This document shows, one piece after another, positions 27,850-41,899 of a stretch of DNA of 64,000 bases (within the stretch, counting starts at the first letter, position 1; each line of letters begins with the position of its first letter). This stretch comes from Octopus vulgaris (Eukaryota), in assembly GCA_951406725.2 (NCBI GenBank), contig OX597822.1, forward strand, positions 57,350,001 to 57,414,000, in the 5' to 3' direction. Both the position numbers and the translations under genes were made by a program. Under the pieces are notes generated by a model. It was given only the letters and a program-made list of their open reading frames with translations, searched no databases and was not told where the DNA came from.

Positions 27850-30800
27850 AATGACGTCTTGAACTTGATTAGAACAGAAAACATTAGTAAAACAAACCAG
27901 CTAATCATAGTTGCTGCTACTGTTGTAGCTGATATAGTAGGATATAAGCGGAAAACTGAAGAAATGAAAGGAAATGAAAAAAGAACCAAACCTAAGGAAG
28001 AGAATTCGAATGAAGTAGAAAAAGACACGGAAAGAACTGGGGCAACTGAATAAGATGATGAGAGGAGAGTTCAAGAATGAGGTAGTGATCAGAAAATAGA
28101 ATGGACAGTACAAGTTAGAAGAAAGGAGAAAGCAAACAGTACGTGAAACATTGTTACAAAGGGCGACAGCGTTAAAGACCAAACTGAAAATATATGATAC
28201 TAGATGCAAAGGGTTTGAACAGAATAGACTGTTCCAATCAAATAGAAAGCGTCTTTTTGAGGAAATAGAGGGGGGGCATATCAGGAAATGATTTCTGATG
28301 CAGAAGAAAGTAAAATTTTTAGGGATAACTATGGAACCGGCCGGTGAGACATTAAGAAAGTGCAGAATGGCTAACACAAGTGTAAAGATAACTTGCAACT
28401 GTACCAAGACAAAAGAACATCAGAATCGATCTAGACATGTCATTACCTTCGCGCGCTCAGGTCAGCGGATCCGTTTCAAGAAGAAGAACAAGAAACTTCC
28501 TGTGATAGATGAAAAGTGGAACGGCTATTGGGAAGTGACTGCAGATTTACTAGGGTGTCAAGGACTCTTTCCCATCCCAATTACGAAGAAAAACAGACAT
28601 TTTAATGTAGTGTGAAGGAAAGAAAGTTGTAAATCTAGTCGAGTTAACGGTTCCTCATGAAGATAACATGGACGCCGCTCGAAACAGCGCGCATTCTCTC
28701 CTGATGACCCCATACACTTGCTGGCTTCCGGTATGCAGAGTTCTCGACTGGTAGCATTTGCATGTGCAAGTTGTTTGCAAGACAACAGTGAGACTGAAGT
28801 TTAAAAATATAAAAAATTGGAAAGGGTTTGGTCCGGATAGAGTACAAAGCAACTGGCTGAAGAACTATACACAGATACACGAAACGATCGCCGCACAACT
28901 GGATGAGTGCCTGCAGTCTGCTCACGTACTGACGTAGATGATAAGTGAACGAATGCTGTTATGTCTCAAGGATCGCTTGAAAAGTAACTTGGTATCAAAT
29001 TTTCGACCTATAACCTGTTTACTACTTATGTAGAAGCTTTTGATTGGTGTCTTGGTGTAAAAGCTATATAATCATCTAGAAAGTAACAATGTACTTCCAG
29101 AAGAGCAGAAAGGATACAGGTAACAAAGTAGAGCCACAAAAAAACACATAAAATGATAGTTAGAAATTGTAGACACAGATTGACGGGACTGAATGTAGCA
29201 AGGTTAGATTACAAACACGCATATGACATGGATTAGTAAAACAATGAGCTTGTTTGGAGTGGTAGAAAATATGGTGAAATGGTTAATGAAAGTATAAAAC
29301 ATTGGAATATTGAACTGACTGGAGGAAAACAACAACTTGGAAAAATAAACATCAGTCGTAGAATATTTCAATATAACTTATATCCATTACTATTTGTATT
29401 AGCCATTATACCATACCACTTAGTTTGATATTGCGAAAAGTCATAATAGTTTACGATATGGGGAAATAGGTTAGATAAACCATCTCCTTTTTATAGATGA
29501 CATAAACATTTATGCGAAAAGTGAGAAACAGCTTGAAAGACTTAAACATGTTGTTCTGATGACGTAGATAAGGAATTTGAGATCGAAAAGAGCGCTATGT
29601 TGAAAATGAAACGAGGATGATTTGAAGGAAGCCAGGGTAATGGAAATGTCAAATAGGTAAACAATGAAAACGGTTGAGAAAGGATAGTGGTATAAGTAGT
29701 TGGGAATATTTAGAAGCAGATGAAATAAAACATATAGATGAAATAAAATGAAGGCGGCGAGCTGGCAGAAACGTTAGCACGTCGGGCGAAATGCTTTGCG
29801 GTATTTCGTCTGCCGTTACGTTCTGAGTTTCAAATTCCGCCGAGGTCGACTTTGCCTTTTATCCTTTCGGGGTCGATAAATTAAGTACCAGTTACGCACT
29901 GTGGTCGATGTAATTGACTTAATCCGTTAGTCTGTCCTTTATGGTCCCCTCTATGTTTAACCCCTTGTGGGCAATAAAAAATAAGAAACGTTAGCACGCC
30001 GGACGAAATGCTTTGCGGTATTTAGTCTGTCTTTACGTTCTGAGTTTAAATTCCGCTGAGGTCGACTTTGCCTTCCATCCTTTCGGGGTCGATTAAATAA
30101 GTACCAGTTACGCACTGGGGTCGATATAATCGACTTAATCCGTCTGTCTGTCCTTGTTTGTCCCCTCTGTGTGTAGCCCCTTGTGGGCAGTAAAGAAATA
30201 GGTATTTCGTCCGCCGCTACGTTCCGAGTTCAAATTCCGCCGAGGTTGACTTTGCCTTTCATCCTTACGGGGTCGATTAAATAAGCAGCTGTTACGCACT
30301 GGTGTCGATATAATCGACTTAATCCGTTTGTCTATCCTTGTTTGTCTCCTCTGTGTGTAGCCCCAATGTAGGCAGTAAAGAAATAAGATGAAATAAAACA
30401 TGAAGAAATGAAACAAATTACTAGTAGAGAGTATACAAGGAGAATGAGAAAATTATTGCAGTCAGAACTGAATTCAAAAAAGTTTATTGAAGCAATAACT
30501 GCAAGAGCATTTAGATAATCAGATATGAAGTTGGAATTGTAATCTGGACCAAAAATTACATACAGAAACGTGACAGAAAAGCTAGACAGCTGTTGACAAG
30601 GCATGAAGCCCACCATCCGAAAGCTGATATCAACCGACTGTACCTGAAAAGACACCAGGGTGGAAGAGGCTTAATTGCGTGGAAGAATGTGTACAGATGG
30701 AAAGAAAAAAACCTACTAGAATATTTACAGAACAGTATAGAGAAACTACTAGAGACAGTGAATAAGGAACAGATGATTCGGTATAGAATAAGAGAAAAGG

Positions 30801-31200
30801 ACGAGAATGAAATTCAAAGAGAGCACGTCAGACTGATTAAAGAGAAACCTCTGCATGGTCAATTTTGGAGAACCACTGAAGTTATATGTGGAACAAAATC
30901 CTGGGCTTGGTTTAAAAAAGGGCAATTAATAAAGGAAGCAGAGCCTAATTGCAGCAACCCAGGATCAAACGATAAAAACAAACAACTTGAGGAAAGATGT
31001 ATATGTGGAGAATGTGTGTGAAAAATGTAGAGTTTGTGGAACTTGGAACGAGACAGCGGCACATATTGTTGCAGAATGTCCCAAGTTGGCACAGAAAGAA
31101 TATAGGAAATGAAGACATGACCAAGTCGTAAAAGTTTTAAGTGGAAGCTTTGCCAGAAATGGGAATTTGAAGCTGGAGACACATGGTATGAACAGCGGGT
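27850..31200 (+). pseudogene. Highly decayed Dong/R4-type LINE, interrupted by SINEs
   Basis: QNRLFQSN, SNFRPITCL, LPEEQKG, HLLFIDDI, HHPKADINRLYLKRHQGGRGLI, EKPLHGQF, HIVAECPKLAQKEY remnants. Confidence 0.75.
29753..30386 (+). mobile_element. Three tandem SINE family A copies with progressive 5' truncation
   Basis: Core gcctt.catcct.tcggggtcgat repeats at ~29854, ~30070 and ~30254. Confidence 0.9.
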
Positions 31201-32356
31201 CAATAACAGAGATCAATAACCACTGCGTTAACAGGATCTCTCAAATGGATTTGCGGCGCATAAAAACAATCGTAATTATATTGTTGACAGACGAGAATTG
31301 TCTGCTACAGCCTCCGGATCTGCCAGACCACTTGATTTCGCCCGGCTATAGGCTCCTATGACAGTTCCTTTTTTTAACTTTGGTGCAATGCATTGGAATC
31401 GAACTCAAGTCCATATGGTCTTGCCTGCGTCTCATATATATTTATATTTTAATATTTGTTTTCACTAATTTGTCATTTTCTTTCATTCTAAGTCATATCA
31501 ATGCACGTTAGAACATGCATTCTGATTTTCCCTTTTTTTAACTACATTTTTATATTCGACGTTATTGGCAGAGCGCAGAATTTTGTACATGCAATGTTCT
31601 GCAATTAAATACAGATGATTTTTTTATATGTCTTTCTTCTTTACTATTATATAACTTGCATTTCAATAGTTTTTGTTTCTATACGCGCTATAAATTCATT
31701 AAAGTAACTGTTGGTGTGTTCTCATTACATAGCTTATGGCGTGACTCATGATAAAAATACTCTATTTCTTTTTTTATTAGTCTCTGTCATTTAACCGGTT
31801 ATTTCTTCTTCGACGAATTATATTCATTGCGTTTGCTATTTTTCCCATTATAAACTGATAACGAAGAAAATGATAGAACACTTGTTACTTGGCTGGCAGA
31901 TATTCGATTCCTGTTAATGCGTTTTGGTTTTATGAGCGGCAGAAGCAGTAGGTAGTGTGATGTGGCTGTCTTGTGGGATTTAATTGTTTTTCTTCAGGTC
32001 TTGAGTTCATATCCTACCGAGGATATTTTTTTCTTTTATTCTTACGGGGGTTGATAAAATTCCATTCAAGAACTGGGATCGATTTAACCGACTACAGCAT
32101 CTTCCCAAAATGCATGGCTTTGTGCCATAGTAAGAAATCCCTGACAAAGAGTGATCGTGTCAGAATACGAGGTAAACTAGGCATGTGTACGGGTTCGATC
32201 CTCACTTAGGAATAGGAATATTTCACATTAGTAATGTTCTAGGGAAGGCGCTAAACGCCTGTTATCCTAGCCTAAAAAAATATAACATCTTTGTATTACA
32301 CACATGCACACACAGATGTGTGTGTGTGTGCATGTATATATATTTATATATATATA

Positions 32357-32475
<119 letters not shown>

Positions 32476-35400
32476 ATATATATATGTGCATATATATATA
32501 TATATATATATTTACTTCTATGTATAATTTTCCCTCACGGGCTATTCTTTACTGGAAAGCAATACTCTCGTATTGCATTACTATATATATATATTGATTG
32601 ATTGATTGATTGATTGATTCTAGTTTCAGCTTATGAGCTGTGGCCATGCTGGGGCACCGCCATTTTGTGTTGCTACTTGGTTTCACTTCATGGAGGCTTT
32701 CTAGCAGCTGCTATTTGGTGCATGAGAGAGTTCGATGCAGCTGCCCTCATCTGCCCCTCCTGCCGTGAAGTTGGTTCATCTGGGACACCTGACAGGAAGA
32801 GATCCAGCTTCATTTTAAAGACATATATATATATATATGCATGAATGGAAATATTAACGTTTGTTTTCATGTTAAGTTATAATGAAAATAATTTTACATT
32901 AAACAGGAGGATTACTCAATACATTTAGTAGAACATTAAAGCATGAGATATAAAAAATTATATACTAACGACACCATGACACGCTTAAGTGATAATTTCA
33001 ACCTTCTCGATATCGAGAAGTTTAAATCTCCTTAATAACACCAACATGAAGTAAAGAAGCGCGATAATCAACCAACATTACCATCTACTTTCAATCTTTC
33101 GTGAACCCTTAAAAATTCTATAACCTGATAACTGATACACCTAAACAAACTCTCCTAATTACAATGGTTTGAATGCTACACTGAACTCCGAATTTAACTT
33201 TCACATTCTCAAAACAAAAGGTTAATCCTCCCATTGATATCCAAATAGAACCAACAACTAAACCTAGAGACACATACGCTGATCAACTAAGTTCTACCAA
33301 CTTACATTCTTTTGTGAGCCACTAAAAAAAAGCAAATTCATGGCCTGAAGCTGACACATCTAAATAAACACACCTGATTACGAAGTTCTACGTGCATGAA
33401 TAAATTCTAAACAATAGCACAACCACAAATTTAATCAATACAAATTTTCAATGATGTCTCACTATCACAACCTAACCGAAAATCTAATTAGTAGAGCTCC
33501 ACCTACTCCAGAAAATTTTTTATTCAATAATTAGACGTTAATCAAATGAGTGTCAGAGTGAAGTGCGTAATGGGACCGATATACTTAATTAAAACCCTTG
33601 AAGGTTGTGTAGTATCCCAGCATGGCTGCAGTCAGCAGGTGGAGGACTAAAAAGGATATATTTCCGAAAGAAAAGAAAACTGGTAATGGTTTACCTCAGA
33701 AAAGAAAGAGTTTATAAAATGCATAAAATAAGAGTTGTGTTGTCACAGGAATCTAATTTTAAAATTTTAATTAATGAGGAAGTATGACAAAAAAATCGCA
33801 ATGATTTCTAACATAAACACAAAATCAATTTGTTTTACATTAGCACAAGGCCGCGGTTTTTGGTGGGAAAATACATTTACTCTAAATCAACCCCAGTACT
33901 TTATTTTATCAATCCATGAAAAGTTGACTTCGGCGCGATTTGAACTCTGCTCGCAAAGGGATGTCACTAAATACCGTAATGTGTTCTGTGTGAATTTTTA
34001 GCGATTCTACTTATCACTCGCTTTTCTTTTTCGTTCGAATATTAATATTTTGTTGTTGTGTAGTGTCCTACAGAGTAACAAAATATTGACGTGTTCACAT
34101 GAAACGCTTTACATTCAGAAATCTCAACCAACAGCTCAAACTGCCTATGGAACTAATAACCGGAAGAAATAAACTAATCTCAATCGAACACGCAATAAAC
34201 GCTTCCGTATTAACATATCGATGACGTTCATGATATACAATATTTCATACTAACGTTTTGGCATCTGGATATAATATTGAACATCTTAGCAGCATTTTGA
34301 ATTCCTACAGAACAAAACTCGGTTATATTTTCTGATAATTACTCTTCCATTAATTGCAATTAGGGATCATATCATAAATCTTTTTCTAGGAGTTATTCCT
34401 TTTCCTGTCAAGAGATGAAGACAATGTAAGTGAGGTTTTTAATCGTATCAACCAAACTAATATACTGTTATTAAGAACATCAACTATTTACAGTCCAGTA
34501 TACAATTTTATTCAGCGATACATCTTTTCCTGTTAATAATTATTCTGTTTATTTTTAATTTCTTTATTATTTCTTTCTATTTTCTAAGGCTTAGTGACAG
34601 GATTTATGGTCAGCATCTATAACTTCTTTTTTTCCAGGTCTCCGAGGCTGGTGAAAAAAACTATTTTTACACCGGATTCCTGCTCTTGTAACACAGTTTT
34701 ACTCACACTGTTATAGTCACCCAAATGTCAGGTGGCTTGTGTTTAGATAAAATGACGTTTAAAATCACGGCTTGATGCCTCTTGTTATTGAACAGAAACT
34801 TGAGATATTTCATTGCGAACTTTTAACTGCACAGCTGTGGTTATGAAGTAATCTTTTTAATACCATTGAAATTTCTATGGTTATTACATTTGTATTTCTC
34901 TCTTCTTCGAATCTAAACTAATATTCAGCCAGATAACACTTACCCAAGATATCATCTATTATGGACAATATAGTTCCGTAGATATTGTTCTCATTTTTTG
35001 TGAATTGTATTGCATTTGCTGCCGTCATTTCATGCAGAGTATTGAATTTTGAAAAATCTAATTTATCTAATGTACCAAACTTATATAATATAAGAGACTT
35101 TCAGAAAATGATATGCTTATGAAGATAATAATAAGCTTACTATATACAGTATTCACTTGCTCTGATACTCGTCGGAATAGGGTAAGAGAGGAGATATAAA
35201 GCAGCAACAAGCCAGCTAAAAAGAGATGGAAATGATACAGCCAAAATGCATACATAGTACACAGAATAAAACACAAAATGATAGAAAAGTGAACAGCAAA
35301 AGATACACAAAAAGGTATAAACACATAAGCAGTGATGTAGAAGAATTCGGAAAGTATGGAATTTTTGAAGGATGCAGTATCTTAATAGATTAAAACCGAC

Positions 35401-35476
35401 CTGTGATGTTTATTCTATAATTCGTCAATTCTGAACGTAGTAAAAATGTTTCCGAAAGTCATGCGTGCTGCAATGT

Positions 35477-35514
<38 letters not shown>

Positions 35515-36565
35515 GTCCTTGAGTGATAGAGATATAGAATTCATAAAGCTAGTCAAAATTATTATTGGAAAGATCTTTTGAGGACTGCCCAAGTATTTAA
35601 TCACAAAGTTTCATATATAGCTCTAATTTGATATTGTAATTAAACTCATGAACCATTTTCAGTATAAATATAATTGTATTATTCTACAAACAAGTTCGGA
35701 AGATATATATTTTTGATTTGTGCATAGTAAACAGGGGATAATTTAAACATAATTCATTCTTGATTTTTATCTCACTACAATCACTTTTACTTTTCTACAC
35801 ACCTCAGCAGCTTTAAAAAAAGGAAAGATGCCTCAGATAATATCAACATAGATATATCGTAGGCCAATTGTAAATCTATTACCTGGCAACTTCATCACAA
35901 GGAAATTATATCGTGAGCCAATACATTGTTGGTGAATTCATCGTCATATTTTGTACATAATATACATATATATATTGGTTTCCTATTTTGGCACAAGGCC
36001 AGTAAGTTCGGGGGAATAAGTCGATTACATCGACCCCAGTGCTCAATTAGTAATTATTTTATCGACCCTGAAAAGATAAAAGGCATAACCGACTCCGGCG
36101 AAATACACAAAATATATATCTAATATATAAGATAGAGACGTCAGTGTATTCGCTCTTCACGCGAAAACGGCTTCACCAATTGCTTCCATACTTGTGATGC
36201 ATGAATAATTTGATCTCGGACAAATGTTAAGCTCTTCATTTGATTTTTTTTAATTAAAAATAAATAATATTGCTTTATATATATGATTCACTTCTTTAAA
36301 AAGGTTTATCAATGTCAACTTCCAGAATTGACGAAGCAACGTCAAAATGCTTCACTCTCTATTTTGACGTTTTCATTTCAAATTTTAATTTACTATTTGC
36401 AAACAACTACAATAAATTACTGAAAGAAATATTTACTAAGTTCACAAATTAAAACATTCCGTACATGAGCTTTTATACAGTTCTATATTTAAGAGATGAG
36501 GAAGTATGTACATTATTTACATTATTTACAATTGACGGATATTTCTTCTCATTTTGTTTGTTGTT

Positions 36566-36611
36566 AACACAACATTTCGGCTGATATACCCTCCAGCCTT
36601 CATCAGGTGTC
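36566..36611 (-). ncRNA. Minimal HHR (left arm)
   Basis: Minus strand GACAC-CTGATGA-A-GGCTG..CAGCC-GAA-ATGT-T-GTGTT. Confidence 0.78.
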
Positions 36612-36658
36612 TTGGGGGAATTTCGAACCTGAGTTCTCATTCCTAAGGTATTTTTCGA

Positions 36659-36746
<88 letters not shown>

Positions 36747-36838
36747 ATTATTATAATTCAGGTCACTACGCCATATGCCCGTGGTTAAGAGCGCGGACTA
36801 CTAACCCCAAGATTCCCAGTTCGATTCCAGGGAGAGAT

Positions 36839-36883
<45 letters not shown>

Positions 36884-36943
36884 TACAACAACAACATCGA
36901 AAAATACCTTAGGAATGAGAACCCAGATTCGAAATTTCCTCAA

Positions 36944-36989
36944 GACACCTGATGAAGGCAGGAGGGTATATCAGCCGAAACGTTGTGTT
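36944..36989 (+). ncRNA. Minimal HHR (right arm)
   Basis: GACAC-CTGATGA-A-GGCAG..CAGCC-GAA-ACGT-T-GTGTT. Confidence 0.82.
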
Positions 36990-37329
36990 AACAACAAACA
37001 AGATGCGGACAAATATCCGTCGAATGTAAATAATATAAGAGCTTTTATTTATACGACTTTTTCATTTCATATTTATTTCCTTCATTTTTCGCAATATTTT
37101 CTCTCAGCCTCTCACACACACACATATGCACACGTGTGTTTTTGTAAGTACGTTTGTATACATTTATGTATGTGTGTGTGTTTGTGTGTGAGAGAGAGAG
37201 AGAAAGAGAGTGAGTCACGGAATGTGTTGTCATGTATACGTACATACACAAATACATATGCATACATCATTTTTGTATGTATGTGTGCGTGTATGTGCGT
37301 GTGTGAGATAGAGTGGTGTCTAAGTGGCA

Positions 37330-37378
<49 letters not shown>

Positions 37379-37509
37379 GTCCATTTCATATGATATTTGA
37401 TACTGTGTGTATGTTCCACAATCTCCATTTATTTCAATCACTCTTGTGAAGATATTCACGTAACTCATTTTTTCATTTAATCCCCCATTTTAATTTTCGT
37501 AAAAGTTTC

Positions 37510-38615
37510 CGAGAACAATGTTCTCACTCTACAAGAGAAGTCGGGGTAGATGTAGACAGTCAGTATTCTACAGTGAAGCAAAGATGAGTACAGGTAGCTA
37601 GAGCCAATGTTGGATTCTGCAACTCTGTTAACTCTATCAAGTATGTTTGCAAATATATAAACAAAGGTTTAGATGCGGCAACATACACTCTAATGCAGAA
37701 TGACAGTCAGCTGATAAATAAAACTGACGGAGATACACAGTATGACAGGGGAAAATACACTAGTGCCAATGAGGCCTTTTGACGCATCATCAATTTTCCC
37801 ATTCATGAGAGGCACCCAGACATCATTCATCTGAGTGTCCATCTAGAGAATGGCCACAGAGTTATCTTTAAAAAACAAACAACCTTGCAACAAGCACTTT
37901 CTTCAACAGAAACTACCCTTACTGCTTTTTTAAAGTTGTGTCAAGTAGATGAAGATGCAAGAAAACTCCTTTACCCACAATTGCCCAAGTATTACACATG
38001 GAGAAACAATAAATGGCACAAGAGGAAATGTGGGGGATGATGCTCTTGCAAGAGTTTACTGTGTCCTCTCCAAGCCAAGCAGAATGCTACTACTTAGGTC
38101 TCCTTTTGCATGAAGTACATGATCCCAAATCATTCCCAGATTCGAGGATGGGTAGATGGTCATGTGTGTGAAACTTATAGGGAAGCATGCTTTCAACAAG
38201 GTTTTATTAGAAAATGATGAACATTGGGACCTTGCATTGACTGAAGCATCAGTATCAGATTCTCCAAAGAAACTCCGTAACCTTTTTCCAATTATACTAA
38301 ACATGTGTCAACTTAGCAGTCTCCTAGAGCTTTGGATGAAACATCATGAGGACAGTTCAACAGGCAAACCCAGGTGTCAATATTCAGTTCACTGAAACAC
38401 TTTTTAACCAAGCACTGACTGAAATTGAGGATCAAGTTTTGGCCATGGGAGGCAAAAATTCGCAATAGTCTGGTTCTGGACTGCCAAAAACACACCGTCA
38501 AATTAGTGATTTAACTTCAAGAGACATAGCAAGAGAGACAACTTATCGCAAAATTGGTTGCATTTGTGAATGAACATGAACCTAAACATCTTCCAGAACA
38601 ACGCAGTGCATATGA
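37510..38615 (+). pseudogene. Helitron Rep/helicase fragment
   Basis: FCNSVNSIKYVCKYINKG, FPIHERHPDIIHLSVHLENG, TTLTAFLKLCQ, LPKYYTW, LLENDEHWDLALTEA..SPKKLRNLF. Confidence 0.85.
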
Positions 38616-38644
38616 TAAGTTTTGTTTTATTTTATCATTATTAC

Positions 38645-38675
<31 letters not shown>

Positions 38676-38802
38676 GTTATTATTACTATTGTTGTTGTTG
38701 TTGTTGTTGTTGTTGTATTATGAATTCAGAATTGATTTCCCAATTGACACGTGCTTCTGCTAGTATATATATACATATACATATATATATATATATATAT
38801 AT

Positions 38803-38871
<69 letters not shown>

Positions 38872-38886
38872 ATATATATATATATG

Positions 38887-38989
<103 letters not shown>

Positions 38990-39817
38990 TTATATACACA
39001 TATATACATATATATATATATATCATTTAAATTTTTGTAAAGTAAATTCTCCGCGTTTTGTTCATAATGAAATGTAAATTTAAAAACAAACGTTTCAATC
39101 CTATGATCTGTACATTTATTTTCAAGTTGAAAAGGGAATAATCAAGAGACAAAATAGTCAAAGTAGTAATATCGCTGAGACAGACGCTGCACATTGGACA
39201 TATCAGAAAGAAATGTAAAAATAGTGCAGCAACAATTTTATGCAACATCAATAAGTATTGAAATCACGTATACTAAATTATTTCGGAAGCATAGAAGCAT
39301 TGCACGGAATTTGTCTTTTAAAATAATTATTTCGTCTTCCAATTTTTTAAAAAGTGAAGTATTATTTTTTCATATCTTTTGTGAATTAATATTTAAAAGT
39401 AAGTTTTATTTGTTCTTACATAAAAATAATCATTTCTATAACCTGTTTTTTTTTGGGGGGGGGGGGGATTCTATTTTTGAAAGTAATTTTGGTTTCTTTC
39501 TCGTGTATATACTGAATGAATTTAATATTAACAATATTTTGTCTGAAAATCTTTATTATTATTATTATTATTTCAGTGATATGCGACAACGTATTTACTC
39601 TGCGAATAAAAACCTCAAATAATTTTTAACAATGCTAATATATATATATATATATATATGCTGCGGATAAAAAGTATGAGTATGAGTATATATGTGTATA
39701 TTGACGATGTTTTTGTCTAAAGATGAATTTAACCCACTACACCAGATGAGGTCGAAACACTGTGTCTGGCGATTCACATGGTTTCTGAGCGAAACGCTGC
39801 GTTTTAACAGACACGCC

Positions 39818-40442
39818 GGATCTTTTCCTTTTGAACGGCAGACAATTTCTAGTTAACTAAACACTTTAAAACTTCGAATACTGGTAGAATGTGTCAAAAT
39901 AAAACATATTTTTCTCTTGGCTTTCTTGAGAAAATTGTAATTTGTTTGTTTAACGTAGTTTAATTTTTCGAATGTTAACCAATCCTATGCTCTCTTTTGA
40001 GCTAAAATCATTTGCTGCGTCTAAAACTGAGACAACATCCTGTAACTAACCCTAAACCTCCCCCCTAACCCTAACCCTAATTTTTTTTCTTAATTGTTAC
40101 GCGTGTAAAAAAAACTAAAGCAATGGAATTAAATTAATTTAACAATTAAGAAAAAAAATTAGGGTTAGGGTTAGGGTTAGGGGGAGGTTTAGGGTTAGTT
40201 ACAGGATGTTGTCTCAGTTTTATACGCAGCAAATTATTTTAGTTGAATGGAGGTAATCGATTGGTTAAAATTGCCGAAATTCTCGGATTTTCAGACGAAA
40301 TATCTTACAAACTATAAAATTTTCTCAATAAAACCAAGAGAAAAAGATGTTTTATAAACACATTCTACCAGTATACGAAGTTTAAAAGTGTTTAGTTAAC
40401 TAGAAATTGTGTTGACATCTGCCGTTCAAAAGGAAAAGATCC
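39818..40442. mobile_element. MITE-like fold-back with ~290-bp TIRs (GGATCTTTTCCTTTTG...) and internal TAACCC/GGGTTA repeats
   Basis: Arms are reverse complementary. Flanks gacacgcc/cacaagcc match 6/8. A second family member lies at 62633-63821. Confidence 0.85.
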
Positions 40443-41339
40443 CACAAGCCACGTTGAGAAATGATCTCTGGTCAAAATATTCCAACCGACATCTTTCCTT
40501 ACTTCTATACATGTTATAAACATTAAATACTCCAGTACTGTTTTAGATGCATATATCAATTTAATTCTAGACTGGCTAGCTTTCGTAAAAATCAGTGAAT
40601 GTTTCGTTCAGCGATTTCTATATCGGAACAAGTATTTTCAGTTTGACTCAGAACGTCCGGGATATTCATCACTGAGGAGAAGAAATCAGATCGAAACACC
40701 ATATGTGGCGATCTACTAGTGTTCTGAGCGGAGTCCTGTGTTGTTAACATAGAACTCTCGCCAAGAAATTTTCCCTGGGATAGAATGTTACAAGTAATGC
40801 CGTTCAATGTTTGTATACTCATTAGAAATGTATGCACACCAATACACACACAATTTTATAATATATATATTATAAAATTGTCAGGATTCGTTAGAATCAG
40901 GTATTCAAGTAGTAAAAGCACCAAGGTATAGTCAGGGATGGCGCACCAGTGTACTAATAATGTGTGATGATATATACGTCCTTACGAATTTGTCACTCTA
41001 GTTATGCACACAAAGAAATATGTATTTTTTTCACATCCAGAATAGTGCACTTCCTCTGTGCACAAACACAGGGGTATACTCAGAGCACGTATTTCACAGT
41101 CGACTATAGACTCTAGATCTAATGCCTGGAAGGTTCCGAGTTAGATGGAGAATAAACAATAATACGGATTGGTTGAGGTTCACTACAGTTGTTTCACACG
41201 TGTTCTTTATTGATGAACAAAAGTGTTACATCATGCAAAAAAAACGGTTTCTTCATGTCAGTAAAATTTAACACTTATGATTCCTCACAAAAATAGAACA
41301 TAGTGCAACTTGACCCATCCATCCAGGTTACGGCTGGAA

Positions 41340-41381
<42 letters not shown>

Positions 41382-41468
41382 GTTAAACAGGACGTCAAAC
41401 ATTAAGGCAAGGTAAACATCTCAAACATCCCAAGTCATATATAATATTATTACAGGAAGAAATTCAAA

Positions 41469-41524
41469 ATCTTACAGCTGTTTCTGGGATATCCCCGAGC
41501 ATGGGATATTCCGTCATCAGAGAC
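41469..41524 (-). ncRNA. HHR in an inverted pLTR upstream of a decayed PLE
   Basis: Minus strand GTCT-CTGATGA-C-GGAATATCCC(ATGCTCG)GGGATATCCC-A-GAA-ACAGCTGT-A-AGAT. A partial copy lies at ~57188-57232 (+). Confidence 0.82.
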
Positions 41525-41899
41525 AAATTGGGGAAAAAACATGGAAAATGAGAATGGTATATATCAATAAGATGACAACATAGAGGAAGGGAGTAAAAGA
41601 ATAAGAAGATGGAAAGAGAGAAGATAAAAGAAGCATAAAAGTTCATAGTTCAACTTTCCGAAGTTATAGAAACCAGAGCATGAATCTTTAGGTGCAATTC
41701 TGCGTAAATCCATGAGCTGTAAGATTTTGAAACCAAGAGATGAAATTATAGTTAAAAACGAAGGCCGGGCCTTAAACCCGTGATTTATATCCCAATTTGA
41801 AATGGGGAGATGGAAGTCTTCGGCAAGGATATCTTAGTCATCAAACCCAAGCTGAAACTTCGTAAGTTCCTTTTCCAAAGTACTTGGTGCAGATAAAAG

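Larger units (their letters stand above)
36477..37038. mobile_element. Inverted dimer of the tRNA-head/HHR-tail element with 10-bp TSD GAGCTTTTAT
   Basis: Left arm (minus) 36477-36768, right arm (plus) 36781-37038. GAGCTTTTAT at 36467-36476 and 37039-37048. Confidence 0.85.

Noticed and set aside
39744-39780. HHR-like ccaGATGAGGTCGAAACACTGTGTCtgg
   Set aside because: Stem III is good, but the CU of the core and stem II are missing; at best a relic.
40045-40200. Telomere or telomere-fusion site
   Set aside because: Few degenerate units, lying inside MITE arms.
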